Assembly: GCF_988242995.1 (NCBI RefSeq)
Contig: NZ_OZ547043.1
Strand: one strand, 5' to 3'
Length of the DNA: 64,000 bases
The notes under the pieces were generated by a model. That model worked only from the letters and a program-made list of their open reading frames with translations. It ran no database searches and had not been told where the DNA came from. The position numbers were made by a program, and so were the translations under genes. Positions 16,232 to 32,559 of this stretch are shown piece by piece. Each line of letters begins with the position of its first letter. Within the stretch, counting starts at the first letter, position 1.

Positions 16232-18892
16232 ATGAGTCAGCGAGGACTGGAAGCACTACTGCGACCAAAATCGATTGCGGTAATTGGCGCATCGATGAAA
16301 CCCAATCGCGCAGGTTACCTGATGATGCGTAACCTGCTGGCGGGAGGCTTTAACGGACCGGTACTCCCGGTGACGCCAGCCTGGAAAGCGGTGTTGGGTG
16401 TGTTGGCCTGGCCGGATATTGCCAGCTTGCCCTTTACACCCGACCTTGCGGTTTTATGTACCAATGCCAGCCGTAATCTTGCTCTTCTGGAAGAGCTCGG
16501 CGAGAAAGGCTGTAAAACCTGCATTATTCTTTCCGCCCCGGCATCGCAACACGAAGATCTCCGCGCCTGCGCCCTGCGCCATAACATGCGCCTGCTAGGA
16601 CCAAACAGTCTGGGTTTACTGGCTCCCTGGCAAGGTCTAAATGCCAGCTTTTCACCTGTGCCGATTAAACGCGGCAAGCTGGCGTTTATTTCGCAATCGG
16701 CTGCCGTCTCCAATACCATCCTCGACTGGGCGCAACAGCGTGAGATGGGCTTTTCCTACTTTATTGCGCTCGGCGACAGCCTGGATATCGACGTTGATGA
16801 ATTGCTCGACTATCTGGCGCGCGACAGTAAAACCAGCGCCATCCTGCTCTATCTCGAACAGTTAAGCGACGCGCGACGCTTTGTTTCGGCGGCCCGTAGT
16901 GCCTCGCGCAATAAACCGATTCTGGTGATTAAAAGCGGACGTAGCCCGGCGGCTCAACGTCTGTTGAACACCACGGCAGGAATGGATCCAGCGTGGGATG
17001 CGGCTATTCAGCGTGCCGGTTTGTTGCGGGTACAGGACACCCACGAGCTGTTTTCGGCGGTGGAAACCCTTAGCCATATGCGCCCGCTGCGTGGCGACCG
17101 GTTGATGATTATCAGCAACGGTGCTGCGCCTGCCGCGCTGGCGCTGGATGCCTTATGGTCACGCAATGGCAAGCTGGCAACGCTAAGCGAAGAAACCTGC
17201 CAGAAACTGCGCGATGCACTGCCAGGACATGTGGCAATCTCTAACCCTCTCGATCTGCGCGATGACGCCAGCAGCGAGCATTATGTCAAAACGCTGGACA
17301 TTCTGCTCCACAGCCAGGATTTTGATGCGCTGATGGTTATTCATTCGCCCAGCGCCGCTGCTCCCGCAACAGAAAGCGCGCAAGTATTAATTGAAGCGGT
17401 AAAGCATCATCCCCGCAGCAAGTATGTTTCTCTGCTGACGAACTGGTGTGGCGAACATTCCTCGCAAGAGGCACGACGATTATTCAGCGAAGCCGGGCTG
17501 CCGACCTACCGTACCCCGGAAGGAACCATCACTGCTTTTATGCATATGGTGGAGTACCGGCGTAATCAGAAGCAACTACGCGAAACGCCGGCGTTGCCCA
17601 GCAATCTGACCTCCAATACTGCAGAAGCGCATCTTCTGTTGCAACAGGCGATTGCCGAAGGGGCTACGTCGCTCGATACCCATGAAGTTCAGCCCATCCT
17701 GCAAGCGTATGGCATGAACACGCTCCCCACCTGGATTGCCAGCGATAGCACCGAAGCGGTGCATATTGCCGAACAGATTGGTTATCCGGTGGCGCTGAAA
17801 TTGCGTTCGCCGGATATTCCACATAAATCGGAAGTTCAGGGCGTCATGCTCTACCTGCGTACAGCTAATGAAGTCCAGCAAGCGGCAAACGCTATTTTCG
17901 ATCGCGTAAAAATGGCCTGGCCGCAGGCGCGGATCCACGGCCTGTTGGTGCAAAGTATGGCTAACCGTGCTGGCGCTCAGGAGTTGCGGGTTGTGGTTGA
18001 GCACGATCCGGTTTTCGGGCCGTTGATCATGCTGGGCGAAGGCGGTGTGGAGTGGCGTCCTGAAGATCAAGCCGTCGTCGCACTACCGCCGCTAAACATG
18101 AACCTGGCCCGCTATCTGGTTATTCAGGGGATCAAAAGTAAAAAGATTCGTGCGCGCAGTGCGCTACGCCCATTGGATGTTGCAGGCTTGAGCCAGCTTC
18201 TGGTGCAGGTTTCCAACTTGATTGTCGATTGCCCGGAAATTCAACGTCTGGACATTCATCCTTTGCTGGCTTCTGGCAGTGAATTTACCGCGCTGGATGT
18301 CACGCTGGATATCGCGCCGTTTGAAGGCGATAACGAGAGCCGGCTGGCAGTGCGCCCTTATCCGCATCAGCTGGAAGAATGGGTAGAATTGAAAAACGGT
18401 GAACGCTGCTTGTTCCGCCCGATTTTGCCAGAAGATGAGCCACAACTTCAGCAGTTCATTTCGCGAGTCACCAAAGAAGATCTTTATTACCGCTACTTTA
18501 GCGAGATCAACGAATTTACCCATGAAGATTTAGCCAACATGACGCAGATCGACTACGATCGGGAAATGGCGTTTGTAGCAGTACGACGTATTGAACAAAC
18601 GGAAGAGATCCTCGGCGTCACGCGTGCGATCTCCGACCCTGATAACATCGATGCCGAATTTGCCGTGCTGGTTCGCTCGGATCTCAAAGGGTTAGGCTTA
18701 GGTCGACGCTTAATGGAAAAGTTGATTACCTATACGCGAGATCACGGACTGCAACGTCTGAATGGTATTACGATGCCAAACAATCGTGGCATGGTGGCGC
18801 TGGCCCGCAAGCTCGGGTTTAACGTTGATATCCAGCTCGAAGAGGGGATCGTTGGGCTTACGCTAAATCTTGCCCAGCGCGAGGAATCATGA
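16232..18892 (+). CDS. patZ: Protein lysine acetyltransferase PatZ (YfiQ/Pka)
   Basis: 886-aa ORF with CoA-binding/ATP-grasp N-terminal region and C-terminal GNAT domain. Confidence 0.88.
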   Translation: MSQRGLEALLRPKSIAVIGASMKPNRAGYLMMRNLLAGGFNGPVLPVTPAWKAVLGVLAWPDIASLPFTPDLAVLCTNASRNLALLEELGEKGCKTCIILSAPASQHEDLRACALRHNMRLLGPNSLGLLAPWQGLNASFSPVPIKRGKLAFISQSAAVSNTILDWAQQREMGFSYFIALGDSLDIDVDELLDYLARDSKTSAILLYLEQLSDARRFVSAARSASRNKPILVIKSGRSPAAQRLLNTTAGMDPAWDAAIQRAGLLRVQDTHELFSAVETLSHMRPLRGDRLMIISNGAAPAALALDALWSRNGKLATLSEETCQKLRDALPGHVAISNPLDLRDDASSEHYVKTLDILLHSQDFDALMVIHSPSAAAPATESAQVLIEAVKHHPRSKYVSLLTNWCGEHSSQEARRLFSEAGLPTYRTPEGTITAFMHMVEYRRNQKQLRETPALPSNLTSNTAEAHLLLQQAIAEGATSLDTHEVQPILQAYGMNTLPTWIASDSTEAVHIAEQIGYPVALKLRSPDIPHKSEVQGVMLYLRTANEVQQAANAIFDRVKMAWPQARIHGLLVQSMANRAGAQELRVVVEHDPVFGPLIMLGEGGVEWRPEDQAVVALPPLNMNLARYLVIQGIKSKKIRARSALRPLDVAGLSQLLVQVSNLIVDCPEIQRLDIHPLLASGSEFTALDVTLDIAPFEGDNESRLAVRPYPHQLEEWVELKNGERCLFRPILPEDEPQLQQFISRVTKEDLYYRYFSEINEFTHEDLANMTQIDYDREMAFVAVRRIEQTEEILGVTRAISDPDNIDAEFAVLVRSDLKGLGLGRRLMEKLITYTRDHGLQRLNGITMPNNRGMVALARKLGFNVDIQLEEGIVGLTLNLAQREES

Positions 18893-19005
18893 GTAAGGTA
18901 CTGGAAATGTTGACCACTTAATCGGGACTGGTGTTATTATTGCCCGCTTATGTCGTCTGCATTGCACAGAGGACCCTTCAATGAACAGAGAAGAAATGCA
19001 CTGTG

Positions 19006-20361
19006 ATGTTGTCAAAATTTAAGCGTAATAAACATCAACAACACCTTGCCCAACTACCCAAGATTTCTCAATCAGTTGATGATGTCGATTTCTTTTACGC
19101 TCCCGCCGACTTCCGGGAGACGCTGCTGGAAAAAATAGCCAGCGCGAAGCAGCGCATTTGCATTGTCGCCCTGTATCTCGAACAGGATGACGGTGGCAAA
19201 GGCATTCTGAACGCGTTGTATGAGGCTAAAAGGCAGCGTCCGGAACTGGATGTGCGGGTGCTGGTCGACTGGCATCGTGCACAACGTGGACGCATTGGCG
19301 CTGCGGCATCTAACACTAACGCTGACTGGTACTGCCGCATGGCGCAGGAAAATCCGGGCGTAGATGTTCCGGTTTATGGCGTGCCAATCAATACCCGTGA
19401 AGCCCTTGGTGTTCTGCACTTTAAAGGCTTTATCATCGACGATAGCGTACTTTATAGCGGTGCCAGCCTGAACGATGTTTACCTGCATCAGCACGATAAA
19501 TATCGCTACGACCGTTATCATCTGATCCGTAACCGTAAGATGTCAGACATTATGTTTGAATGGGTTACACAGAATATTATGAATGGCCGCGGCGTTAATC
19601 GTCTGGATGATGTTAATCGGCCAAAAAGCCCGGAAATCAAGAACGATATTCGTCTGTTCCGCCAGGAGCTGCGTGATGCCGCTTATCATTTCCAGGGCGA
19701 TGCCGACAACGATCAGCTTTCCGTAACGCCGCTAGTGGGGCTGGGGAAATCGAGTCTGTTGAACAAGACCATTTTCCATCTTATGCCTTGTGCCGAGCAG
19801 AAACTAACCATCTGTACGCCATACTTCAACCTGCCAGCAATCCTTGTGCGCAATATTATCCAGTTGCTGCGCGAAGGGAAAAAGGTCGAAATTATTGTTG
19901 GTGATAAAACCGCGAACGACTTCTACATTCCGGAAGATGAACCTTTCAAGATAATTGGCGCATTGCCTTATCTCTATGAGATCAATCTGCGTCGTTTCCT
20001 GAGCCGTTTGCAGTATTACGTCAATATTGACCAGCTAGTGGTTCGGTTATGGAAAGATGACGACAACACCTATCACCTGAAAGGGATGTGGGTTGATGAT
20101 AAGTGGATGTTGATCACCGGTAATAACCTGAACCCGCGCGCCTGGCGTCTGGATCTGGAAAACGCCATTTTGATCCACGATCCACAACTGGAGCTTGCGC
20201 CGCAGCGAGAGAAAGAACTGGAGCTGATCCGCGAGCATACCACCATCGTTAAGCACTATCGCGATCTGCAAAGTATTGCCGATTATCCGGTGAAGGTTCG
20301 TAAACTCATCCGCCGTTTGCGCCGTATCCGCATCGACCGATTAATTAGCCGCATCCTGTAA
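19006..20361 (+). CDS. pssA: Phosphatidylserine synthase
   Basis: 451-aa product starting MLSKFKRNKHQQ; two HxK-type PLD-like motifs (HFKGF, HLKGM). Confidence 0.9.
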   Translation: MLSKFKRNKHQQHLAQLPKISQSVDDVDFFYAPADFRETLLEKIASAKQRICIVALYLEQDDGGKGILNALYEAKRQRPELDVRVLVDWHRAQRGRIGAAASNTNADWYCRMAQENPGVDVPVYGVPINTREALGVLHFKGFIIDDSVLYSGASLNDVYLHQHDKYRYDRYHLIRNRKMSDIMFEWVTQNIMNGRGVNRLDDVNRPKSPEIKNDIRLFRQELRDAAYHFQGDADNDQLSVTPLVGLGKSSLLNKTIFHLMPCAEQKLTICTPYFNLPAILVRNIIQLLREGKKVEIIVGDKTANDFYIPEDEPFKIIGALPYLYEINLRRFLSRLQYYVNIDQLVVRLWKDDDNTYHLKGMWVDDKWMLITGNNLNPRAWRLDLENAILIHDPQLELAPQREKELELIREHTTIVKHYRDLQSIADYPVKVRKLIRRLRRIRIDRLISRIL

Positions 20362-20406
20362 TCACAACCCCGTCCTGTACGGGGTTTGTTTTTTGGAGGC
20401 CACGTT

Positions 20407-20730
20407 TTGCGTATTCTTTTTGTCTGCTCGCTATTGTTACTTTCTGGATGCAGCCATATGGCTAACGATAGCTGGAGCGGGCAGGATAAAGCTCAACACT
20501 TTATCGCCTCGGCGATGCTTTCCGCCGCCGGAAATGAATATGCACAGCATCAGGGGATGAGTCGCGATCGCAGTGCCACTTTCGGGCTGATGTTCTCTGT
20601 TGGGCTGGGCGCGTCAAAAGAACTTTGGGATAGCCGCCCCGAGGGGAGCGGCTGGAGCTGGAAAGATTTTACCTGGGATGTCGCCGGTGCAACTACTGGC
20701 TATACCGTCTGGCAGTTGGCGCATAATTAA
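20407..20730 (+). CDS. yfiM: Lipoprotein YfiM
   Basis: ORF track gives 114 aa; probable TTG start giving [15 protein letters not shown] with a lipobox, after a GGAGG RBS. Confidence 0.7.
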   Translation: MRILFVCSLLLLSGCSHMANDSWSGQDKAQHFIASAMLSAAGNEYAQHQGMSRDRSATFGLMFSVGLGASKELWDSRPEGSGWSWKDFTWDVAGATTGYTVWQLAHN

Positions 20731-22025
20731 AGGCGCATCCCCTTCCCTTTGCGATGTAGCATCAAAGAAACCAGAAACGCCACCACGGCCATCAAGGTCA
20801 CATACCAGAAGAAGGCTGTTTCCATTCCTATTGATTTCAGCGACAACGCTACATACTCTGCTGAGCCACCAAATATAGCATTGGCGACCGCATATGACAG
20901 ACCAACGCCTAATGCGCGAACCTGTGCCGGGAACATCTCAGCCTTCAGTATTCCACTGATTGAAGTATAAAAACTCACTATCAGCAGGGCGCACATCACC
21001 AGACCAAAAGCGGCATAAGGCGAAGAAACGTTCTGCAATGCTGAGAGAATAGGAACGGTAAAAATGGTTGCCAGCGAACCGAAACATAACATTGAGGTAC
21101 GACGACCAATCTTATCCGACAGCGCGCCAATAAGTGGTTGAATAAGCATGAATACAAACAATGCGGCAGTCATAATGCCACTCGCCACGTTGGCATGCAT
21201 TCCCGCAGTATTTACCAGATACTTCTGCATATAAGTGGTGAAGGTATAGAAACAAAGGGAGCCCGCAGCGGTAAAACCGAGAACCATGATGAATGCACGG
21301 CGATTGCGCCATAATCCTTTCAGAGATCCAGCTTCTTTTAAAGCGCGTGTTTCTTGTTGTGAAGTTTCATCTAACTGACGACGTAACCACAACGCCACAA
21401 CAGCTAACACAGCTCCTAACGCGAAAGGAATACGCCATCCCCACTCTCTGAGTGCAGCGTCTTCCATGGTGTGTTGTAAAACCACGACAACCAGTAGAGC
21501 TAGCAATTGCCCGCCGATCAACGTCACATACTGAAATGATGCGTAAAAACCTTTGCGCCCTTCAACGGCAACTTCACTCATATAGGTGGCGCTGGTGCCA
21601 TATTCTCCGCCAACGGATAATCCCTGGAATAAACGAGCAAGAAGCAATAATGCCGGAGCCCAGGTACCGATTGTTTCGTAGCCTGGCAAACAGGCGATAA
21701 CCAGTGAGCCGAAACACATCATACACACCGATAATAGCATCGATTTTTTGCGACCATGTTTATCGGCTATGCGGCCAAATAGCCAACCGCCTATTGGGCG
21801 CATCAGAAATCCCGCAGCAAAAACACCTGCTGTTTGCAGTAGTTGAGTCGTCGTGTTCCCGGAAGGGAAGAAGATGTGGGCGAAGTAGAGTGAACAGAAC
21901 GAATAGACATAGAAATCGAACCACTCGACCAGATTACCTGAAGAGGCCCCCACAATTGCCCAAATGCGGCGACGAGTATCACTACTTGTCAGTTTGCTGT
22001 CTGCCGTTACAGTACTTTCAGCCAT
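20727..22025 (-). CDS. kgtP: Alpha-ketoglutarate:proton symporter (MFS)
   Basis: ORF track gives 466 aa; start trimmed to [15 protein letters not shown] (432 aa); 12-TM major facilitator. Confidence 0.9.
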   Translation of the reverse strand: MAESTVTADSKLTSSDTRRRIWAIVGASSGNLVEWFDFYVYSFCSLYFAHIFFPSGNTTTQLLQTAGVFAAGFLMRPIGGWLFGRIADKHGRKKSMLLSVCMMCFGSLVIACLPGYETIGTWAPALLLLARLFQGLSVGGEYGTSATYMSEVAVEGRKGFYASFQYVTLIGGQLLALLVVVVLQHTMEDAALREWGWRIPFALGAVLAVVALWLRRQLDETSQQETRALKEAGSLKGLWRNRRAFIMVLGFTAAGSLCFYTFTTYMQKYLVNTAGMHANVASGIMTAALFVFMLIQPLIGALSDKIGRRTSMLCFGSLATIFTVPILSALQNVSSPYAAFGLVMCALLIVSFYTSISGILKAEMFPAQVRALGVGLSYAVANAIFGGSAEYVALSLKSIGMETAFFWYVTLMAVVAFLVSLMLHRKGKGMRL

Positions 22026-22295
22026 GCCATTATGTCTCCTGCCGTAATCCGATGCTTTTGTCGGTCGCTGTTGTTTATTTTTTTTGGTAAAGAAAATGTT
22101 ATACATTTGTTGCGTATCATTATGCAACCTTAACCATGAATTTAGTTAGCAGGAAAATGGTTATTGAGGAGCTTAAGGATAAATTTCTGGTAAGGAGGAT
22201 GTATGGAAGTGGGCAATTTGGGGAAACCGTATCCGTTGCTGAATCTGGCGTATGTGGGGGGATAATGCGGATATCTACACTCGCCGCAACTCTTC

Positions 22296-22331
22296 GTAGG
22301 TCGGGTAAGACGCGCCAGCGTCGCATCCGGC
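22296..22331. repeat. REP (repetitive extragenic palindromic) element
   Basis: gtaggtcgggtaagacgcgccagcgtcgcatccggc resembles the E. coli REP consensus (GCCGGATGCGGCG...). Confidence 0.6.
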
Positions 22332-22350
22332 ATTTATTCCGCACCAGCGC

Positions 22351-22557
22351 AAAAAGGCCATCCGTCAGGATGGCCTTCTGCTTAATTTGATGCCTGGCAG
22401 TTTATGGCGGGCGTCCTGCCCGCCACCCTCCGGGCCGTTGCTTCGCAACGTTCAAATCCGCTCCCGGCGGATTTGTCCTGGTTGGGAGAGTGTTCACCGA
22501 CAAACAACAGATAAAACAAAAGGCCCAGTCTTCCGACTGAGCCTTTTGCTTTATTTG
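22351..22557 (-). terminator. rrn operon tandem terminators (T1/T2-like) 3' of the 5S gene
   Basis: Two GC hairpins with T-runs on the minus strand (about 22351-22380 and 22516-22548) and a short 5S-like remnant, matching the rrnB T1-T2 architecture as recalled. Confidence 0.75.
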
Positions 22558-22677
22558 ATGCCTGGCAGTTCCCTACTCTCGCATGGGGAGACCCCACACT
22601 ACCATCGGCGCTACGGCGTTTCACTTCTGAGTTCGGCATGGGGTCAGGTGGGACCACCGCGCTAAGGCCGCCAGGCA
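22558..22677 (-). rRNA. rrfG: 5S ribosomal RNA
   Basis: 120 nt; reverse complement matches the E. coli 5S sequence (TGCCTGGCGGCC...CTGCCAGGCAT). Confidence 0.97.
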
Positions 22678-22770
22678 AATTCTGTTTTATTAACCCGCTT
22701 GTCGCCGGTTAATTTAATCTGTATCAGGCTGAAAATCTTCTCTCATCCGCCAAAACATCTTCGGCGTTGT

Positions 22771-25675
<2,905 letters not shown>

Positions 25676-25868
25676 TCACAACCCGAAGATGTTTCTTTCG
25701 ATTCATCATCGTGTTGCGAAAATTTGAGAGACTCACGAACAACTTTCGTTGTTCAGTGTTTCAATTTTCAGCTTGATCCAGATTTTTAAAGAGCAAATAT
25801 CTCAAACATCACCCGAAGATGAGTTTTGAGATATTAAGGCAGGTGACTTTCACTCACAAACCAGCAAG

Positions 25869-25944
25869 TGGCGTCCCCTAGGGGATTCGAACCCCTGTTA
25901 CCGCCGTGAAAGGGCGGTGTCCTGGGCCTCTAGACGAAGGGGAC
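25869..25944 (-). tRNA. gltW: tRNA-Glu (UUC) in the 16S-23S spacer
   Basis: 76 nt; reverse complement is GTCCCCTTCGTCTAGAGGCCCAGGACACCGCCCTTTCACGGCGGTAACAGGGGTTCGAATCCCCTAGGGGACGCCA. Confidence 0.96.
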
Positions 25945-26038
25945 GTGTCAGTCTGCTTCGCAAGACGCCTTGCTTTTCACTTTCTATCAGACAATCTGTG
26001 TGAGCACTTCAAAGAACGCTTCTTTAAGGTAAGGAGGT

Positions 26039-27571
<1,533 letters not shown>

Positions 27572-27752
27572 AAAAGTTTGATGCTCAAAGAATTAAACTT
27601 CGTAATGAATTACGTGTTCACTCTTGAGACTTGGTATTCATTTTTCGTCTTGCGACGTTAAGAATCCGTATCTTCGAGTGCCCACACAGATTGTCTGATA
27701 AATTGTTAAAGAGCAGTGCCGCTTCGCTTTTTCTCAGCGGCGCGGGGTGTGC

Positions 27753-27899
27753 ATAATACGCTTTCCCGCTACAGAGTCAAGCATTTTTTTTGCTTTTCTC
27801 TGTTGAGATTCTCAGGAGAACCCCGCTGACCCGGCGGCGTGTTTGCCGTTGTTCCGTGTCAGTGGTGGCGCATTATAGGGAGTTATTCCGGCCTGACAA
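27753..27899 (-). promoter_or_regulatory. rrn P1 and P2 promoters
   Basis: Minus strand: P1 TTGTCA (27894-27899) with TATAAT (27873-27878); P2 TTGACT (27775-27780) with TATTAT (27753-27758). A/T-rich UP region lies upstream toward clpB. Confidence 0.85.
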
Positions 27900-28013
27900 G
27901 CAAAAAATATAAAAACTTTATCGTTCGCTCATTTTTCAGGCAAAACATCTTAAGCATAGTCTTTTCCGTCTAATTTATAGACAAAAACGAGCCCCGAAGG
28001 GCTCGTTTTATCA

Positions 28014-30587
28014 TTACTGGACGGCGACAATCCGGTCTTCATTAACTTCCAGGCGAATAACTTTACCCGGAACCAATTCACCAGACAGTATTTGCTGTGC
28101 CAGCGGGTTTTCGATCTGCTGCTGGATAGCACGTTTCAGAGGACGTGCACCATAGACCGGATCGTAACCGTTCTCGCTCAGCAGTTTCAGCGCCTCGTCA
28201 GAAATGTGGATTTCATAACCACGTTCTTCCAGACGTTTGTACAGACGTTTCAACTGAATCTGCGCAATCGACGCAATGTGCTGTTCACCCAGCGGATGGA
28301 AGACCACCACTTCATCGATACGGTTAATGAATTCCGGACGGAAGTTATGGCTTACCACACCGAGCACCAGCTCTTTCATGTGCGCATAATCCAGTTCACC
28401 GAAGCGTTCCTGAATCAAATCGGAACCGAGGTTAGAGGTCATAATGACAACCGTATTACGGAAGTCGACCGTTCTCCCCTGCCCGTCAGTCAGACGCCCA
28501 TCATCCAGTACCTGCAACAGAATGTTGAAGACATCCGGATGCGCTTTTTCCACTTCATCCAGCAGGATGACGGAATACGGACGACGACGCACCGCTTCGG
28601 TCAGGTAGCCACCTTCTTCATAACCGACATATCCCGGAGGCGCACCAACCAGACGAGACACCGAGTGTTTCTCCATAAACTCGGACATATCGATACGGAC
28701 CATCGCCTCGTCGCTATCAAACATAAAGTTCGCCAGCGCCTTACAAAGCTCAGTTTTCCCCACACCCGTTGGGCCGAGGAACAGGAATGAACCAATCGGG
28801 CGATTTGGATCCGCCAGCCCCGCACGGCTACGACGAATAGCGTTAGATACCGCATCAACCGCTTCGTTCTGACCAATAACGCGATGGTGCAGCTCTTGCT
28901 CCATACGCAGCAGTTTTTCGCGCTCGCTTTCCATCATGCGAGAAACCGGAATCCCCGTCCAACGCGCCAGCACTTCAGCAATTTCGGCATCGGTCACTTT
29001 ATTACGCAACAGACGCATAGTTTTGCCTTCGAGCTGCGTTGCGGCTTCCAGTTGCTTTTCCAGTTCCGGGATTTTGCCGTATTGCAGTTCAGACATCCGC
29101 GCCAGGTCACCCACACGGCGAGCCTGTTCAATAGCGATTTTCGCCTGTTCCAGTTCCGCTTTAATGGTCTGTGTACCAGAAAGCGATGCTTTCTCTGCTT
29201 TCCACTCTTCTTCTAACTCGGAGTACTGACGTTCTTTGTCGCTCAGTTCTTCGTTGAGCATATCCAGGCGTTTTTTACTGGCTTCATCAGACTCTTTCAT
29301 TAACGCCTGTTGTTCCAGTTTAAGCTGGATGATACGACGATCGAGTCGGTCGAGTTCTTCTGGTTTTGAGTCGATCTGCATACGAATGCTGGATGCTGCT
29401 TCATCGATCAGGTCGATGGCTTTATCCGGCAGCTGACGGTCAGCAATGTAGCGATGAGACAACGTCGCCGCTGCAACAATTGCCGGGTCAGTAATTTGCA
29501 CATGGTGGTGCAATTCGTAACGTTCTTTCAGGCCACGCAGAATCGCAATGGTATCTTCAACAGAAGGCTCGGCAACAAACACTTTCTGGAAACGACGTTC
29601 CAGCGCAGCATCTTTTTCGATGTACTGGCGATATTCGTCAAGCGTCGTGGCACCTACGCAGTGCAATTCACCACGCGCCAGCGCCGGTTTCAGCATGTTT
29701 CCGGCGTCCATTGCGCCATCGGCTTTACCCGCGCCGACCATGGTATGTAATTCGTCGATAAACAGGATGACGTTGCCTTCCTGTTTGGCAAGATCGTTAA
29801 GCACGCCTTTTAAACGTTCTTCAAACTCACCGCGATATTTCGCCCCAGCCACCAGCGCGCCCATATCCAGCGCCAGTACGCGGCGGCCTTTCAACCCTTC
29901 CGGCACTTCGCCGTTGATAATACGCTGCGCCAGACCTTCAACGATGGCAGTTTTACCGACGCCGGGTTCACCAATCAGTACTGGGTTATTTTTAGTACGA
30001 CGTTGCAGCACCTGAATGGTACGGCGAATTTCTTCATCACGACCAATCACCGGATCGAGTTTGCCCTGTTCGGCTCGTTCGGTAAGGTCGATGGTATATT
30101 TTTTCAAAGCCTGACGTTGGTCTTCAGCACCTTGATCGTTCACGCTTTCACCTCCACGCATTTGTTCAATCGCTTGAGTAATGTTGGCGGTGGTCGCCCC
30201 TGCTGCTTTCAGGATGTCGGCCAGCGTGCCGCGAGACTCAAGTGCCGCCAGAACGAACAGTTCTGACGAGATAAAGTTATCACCACGTTTTTGCGCCAGC
30301 TTGTCGCAAAGATTAAGAACGCGCACCAGATCCTGTGATGGCTGGACATCACCACCAGTACCTTCAACCTGCGGTAAACGATTTAATGCCTGATTGATAT
30401 CTGTGCGCAACTGGCCAGCATTTATGCCAGCGGATGTTAATAAAGGACTAACCGAACCCCCTTCCTGATTCAGCAGGGCGCTCATTAAATGAAGTGGTTC
30501 GATGAATTGGTTGTCGTGCCCGAGTGCAAGTGATTGGGCATCGGCAAGAGCAAGCTGGAATTTATTAGTAAGACGATCCAGACGCAT
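28014..30587 (-). CDS. clpB: Chaperone ClpB (Hsp100 disaggregase)
   Basis: ORF track gives 861 aa; start trimmed to [11 protein letters not shown] (857 aa); two AAA+ modules each with Walker A ([16 protein letters not shown]). Confidence 0.95.
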
Positions 30588-30625
30588 AACTCCTCCCATA
30601 ACGGATCAAAGTTGCTACTGGAGAT

Positions 30626-30654
30626 TAAATGAGGTCATCCCTCAATTATTCAAG
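30626..30654 (-). promoter_or_regulatory. Sigma-32 heat-shock promoter of clpB
   Basis: Minus strand reads CTTGAA-N14-CCTCATTTA, matching the sigma-32 consensus (CTTGAAA / CCCCATnT). Confidence 0.7.
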
Positions 30655-30716
30655 GTTATTGACCAGATTAATGTGAAAAGAAAATCACGCGTACCGGATC
30701 GTCTTGATTCTTTAGG

Positions 30717-31448
30717 TTATATCAGCCAAATGAAACTTGCCATACGACCGGTGGTCTTGTCGCGACGATAAGAGAAGAAAGTCTCATTTTCCGTATATGT
30801 ACAACGGTCGCCGCCGAAAATTTGTTCAACACCAACGCTCGCCAGACGCTGCCGGGCAAGCTGATAAATGTCCACCAGATACTTATCACCATGCTGAATG
30901 AAAGCTGTACTCGCTTCGGCGTCTACTGCCATAAACGCCTCGCGAACCTCCGCCCCCACTTCAAACGCGCGTGGACCAATTGCCGGCCCTAACCAGGCGA
31001 GAATATTTTCTGGATTATCAGCAAAACAGGAAACTGTCTCTTCCAACACGCCTGCGCACAGTCCACGCCAGCCAGCATGAGCGGCGGCGACTTCCGTTCC
31101 CGCTCGATTGCAAAACAGCACAGGGAGGCAGTCGGCAGTCATCACTGCGCAAACCGTGCCGGGCGTATTGCTATAAGAGGCATCTGCTCGTTTTGAGGCA
31201 TAAGGTTCGCCAGTAAGCTTAAGCACATCTTTGCCGTGTACCTGCTCAAGCCAGACCGGTTTAGAAGGCAAATTGCCCGCAGCAAAAAGTCGCTTGCGAT
31301 TCTCCTCAACGTGAACCGGGTTATCGCCACAATGAGCACCGAGGTTGAGCGAGTCATACGGGGGCAAGCTCACGCCGCCGATACGAGTAGAGCTACAGGC
31401 CGCAACACCTTTTGGCAGCGGCCACTGCGGGACAATCAGCTTACTCAT
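30717..31448 (-). CDS. pgeF: Purine nucleoside phosphorylase / peptidoglycan editing factor YfiH (PgeF)
   Basis: 243-aa ORF (DUF152 family); synteny downstream of rluD. Confidence 0.85.
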   Translation of the reverse strand: MSKLIVPQWPLPKGVAACSSTRIGGVSLPPYDSLNLGAHCGDNPVHVEENRKRLFAAGNLPSKPVWLEQVHGKDVLKLTGEPYASKRADASYSNTPGTVCAVMTADCLPVLFCNRAGTEVAAAHAGWRGLCAGVLEETVSCFADNPENILAWLGPAIGPRAFEVGAEVREAFMAVDAEASTAFIQHGDKYLVDIYQLARQRLASVGVEQIFGGDRCTYTENETFFSYRRDKTTGRMASFIWLI

Positions 31449-32425
31449 AACCAGTCCACTTCATCCTTATGCTCTTCGAAATCGGCGCGCATCACCTCAA
31501 TCAGCTCCACCATATCTTGTGGAATAGGCGCATGCCATTCCATTTCGATGCCGGAGATCGGGTGATAAAGACGCAGCATGGTTGCATGAAGCGCCTGGCG
31601 GTCAAACTTACGCAGCGTGGAGATAAACGCTTCCGAAGCACCTTTTGGAGGACGCGGACGGCCACCATAAATCGGATCGCCCACCAGCGGATGAGTGATA
31701 TGGGCCATATGCACGCGGATCTGGTGCGTACGTCCAGTTTCCAGACGCAACCGCAGACGCGTGTGCACACGGAAGTGTTCCATGATGCGATAGTGAGTCA
31801 CCGCTGGTTTGCCCATCGGATGCACCGCCATGTGAGTACGTTTGGTCGGGTGGCGACTGATTGGCTCATCCACCGTACCGCCAGCGGTCATATGACCAAT
31901 TGCGACAGCTTCATACTCACGAGTAATTTCACGCCGTTGCAAAGATTCGACTAAACGCGTCTGAGCCGGAACGGTTTTTGCCACAACCATCAGGCCAGTG
32001 GTGTCTTTATCCAGACGATGGACGATGCCCGCACGCGGTACATCGGCAATGGGCGGATAGTAATGAAGCAACGCATTCAGTACCGTGCCATCCGGGTTAC
32101 CCGCGCCAGGATGTACCACCAGGTCGCGTGGTTTATTAATGACGATGATATCTTCATCTTCATAGACGATATCCAGCGGGATATCCTGCGGTTCAAAACG
32201 CGCTTCTTCTTCAATCTCAGCGTTGATGGCCACCTGCTCGCCACCCAATACTTTTTCTTTCGGCTTATCACAAACTTTGCCGTTAACCAGCACGCGCTGG
32301 TCGAGGATCCATTCTTTTATCCGCGAACGTGAATAATCCGGGAACATTTCGGCCAAAGCCTGATCTAAGCGTTGACCGAGTTGGTTTTCGGACACCGTTG
32401 CAGTGAGCTGTACTCGTTGTGCCAT
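31445..32425 (-). CDS. rluD: 23S rRNA pseudouridine synthase RluD
   Basis: 326-aa ORF with S4 domain and RluA-family catalytic motif (HRLDKDTTG). Confidence 0.92.
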   Translation of the reverse strand: MAQRVQLTATVSENQLGQRLDQALAEMFPDYSRSRIKEWILDQRVLVNGKVCDKPKEKVLGGEQVAINAEIEEEARFEPQDIPLDIVYEDEDIIVINKPRDLVVHPGAGNPDGTVLNALLHYYPPIADVPRAGIVHRLDKDTTGLMVVAKTVPAQTRLVESLQRREITREYEAVAIGHMTAGGTVDEPISRHPTKRTHMAVHPMGKPAVTHYRIMEHFRVHTRLRLRLETGRTHQIRVHMAHITHPLVGDPIYGGRPRPPKGASEAFISTLRKFDRQALHATMLRLYHPISGIEMEWHAPIPQDMVELIEVMRADFEEHKDEVDWL

Positions 32426-32559
32426 ATATACTGCTTCTTCGTTTATCGTTGGGGTTTTACGGCTTTGCCGTTTAATATAGTGTGCTATTGTAGCTGGTCT
32501 TAACCGGGAGCAGGAACAGAGAATCTCCCGTATTACATTTTGAGGAAAGTCAAAACGTC

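Noticed and set aside
22381-22420. Second short 5S-like stretch (tgcctggcagtt) that could be a second 5S gene
   Set aside because: Only about 12 nt match before the sequence diverges into the terminator hairpins; it is the known short 5S-like remnant in the rrn terminator region, not a gene.
28092-30393. Several plus-strand ORFs (up to 232 aa) antisense to clpB, and similar antisense ORFs within lepA, nadB, patZ, ffh and alpha
   Set aside because: Each lies entirely inside a well-supported gene on the opposite strand and shows low-complexity composition; typical antisense artefacts.
30588-30716. Possible small RNA (RyfD-like) in the clpB-yfiH intergenic region
   Set aside because: I recall an sRNA annotated near the clpB 5' end in K-12 but cannot verify its coordinates or strand from sequence alone; the region is adequately explained by the clpB sigma-32 promoter and 5' UTR.
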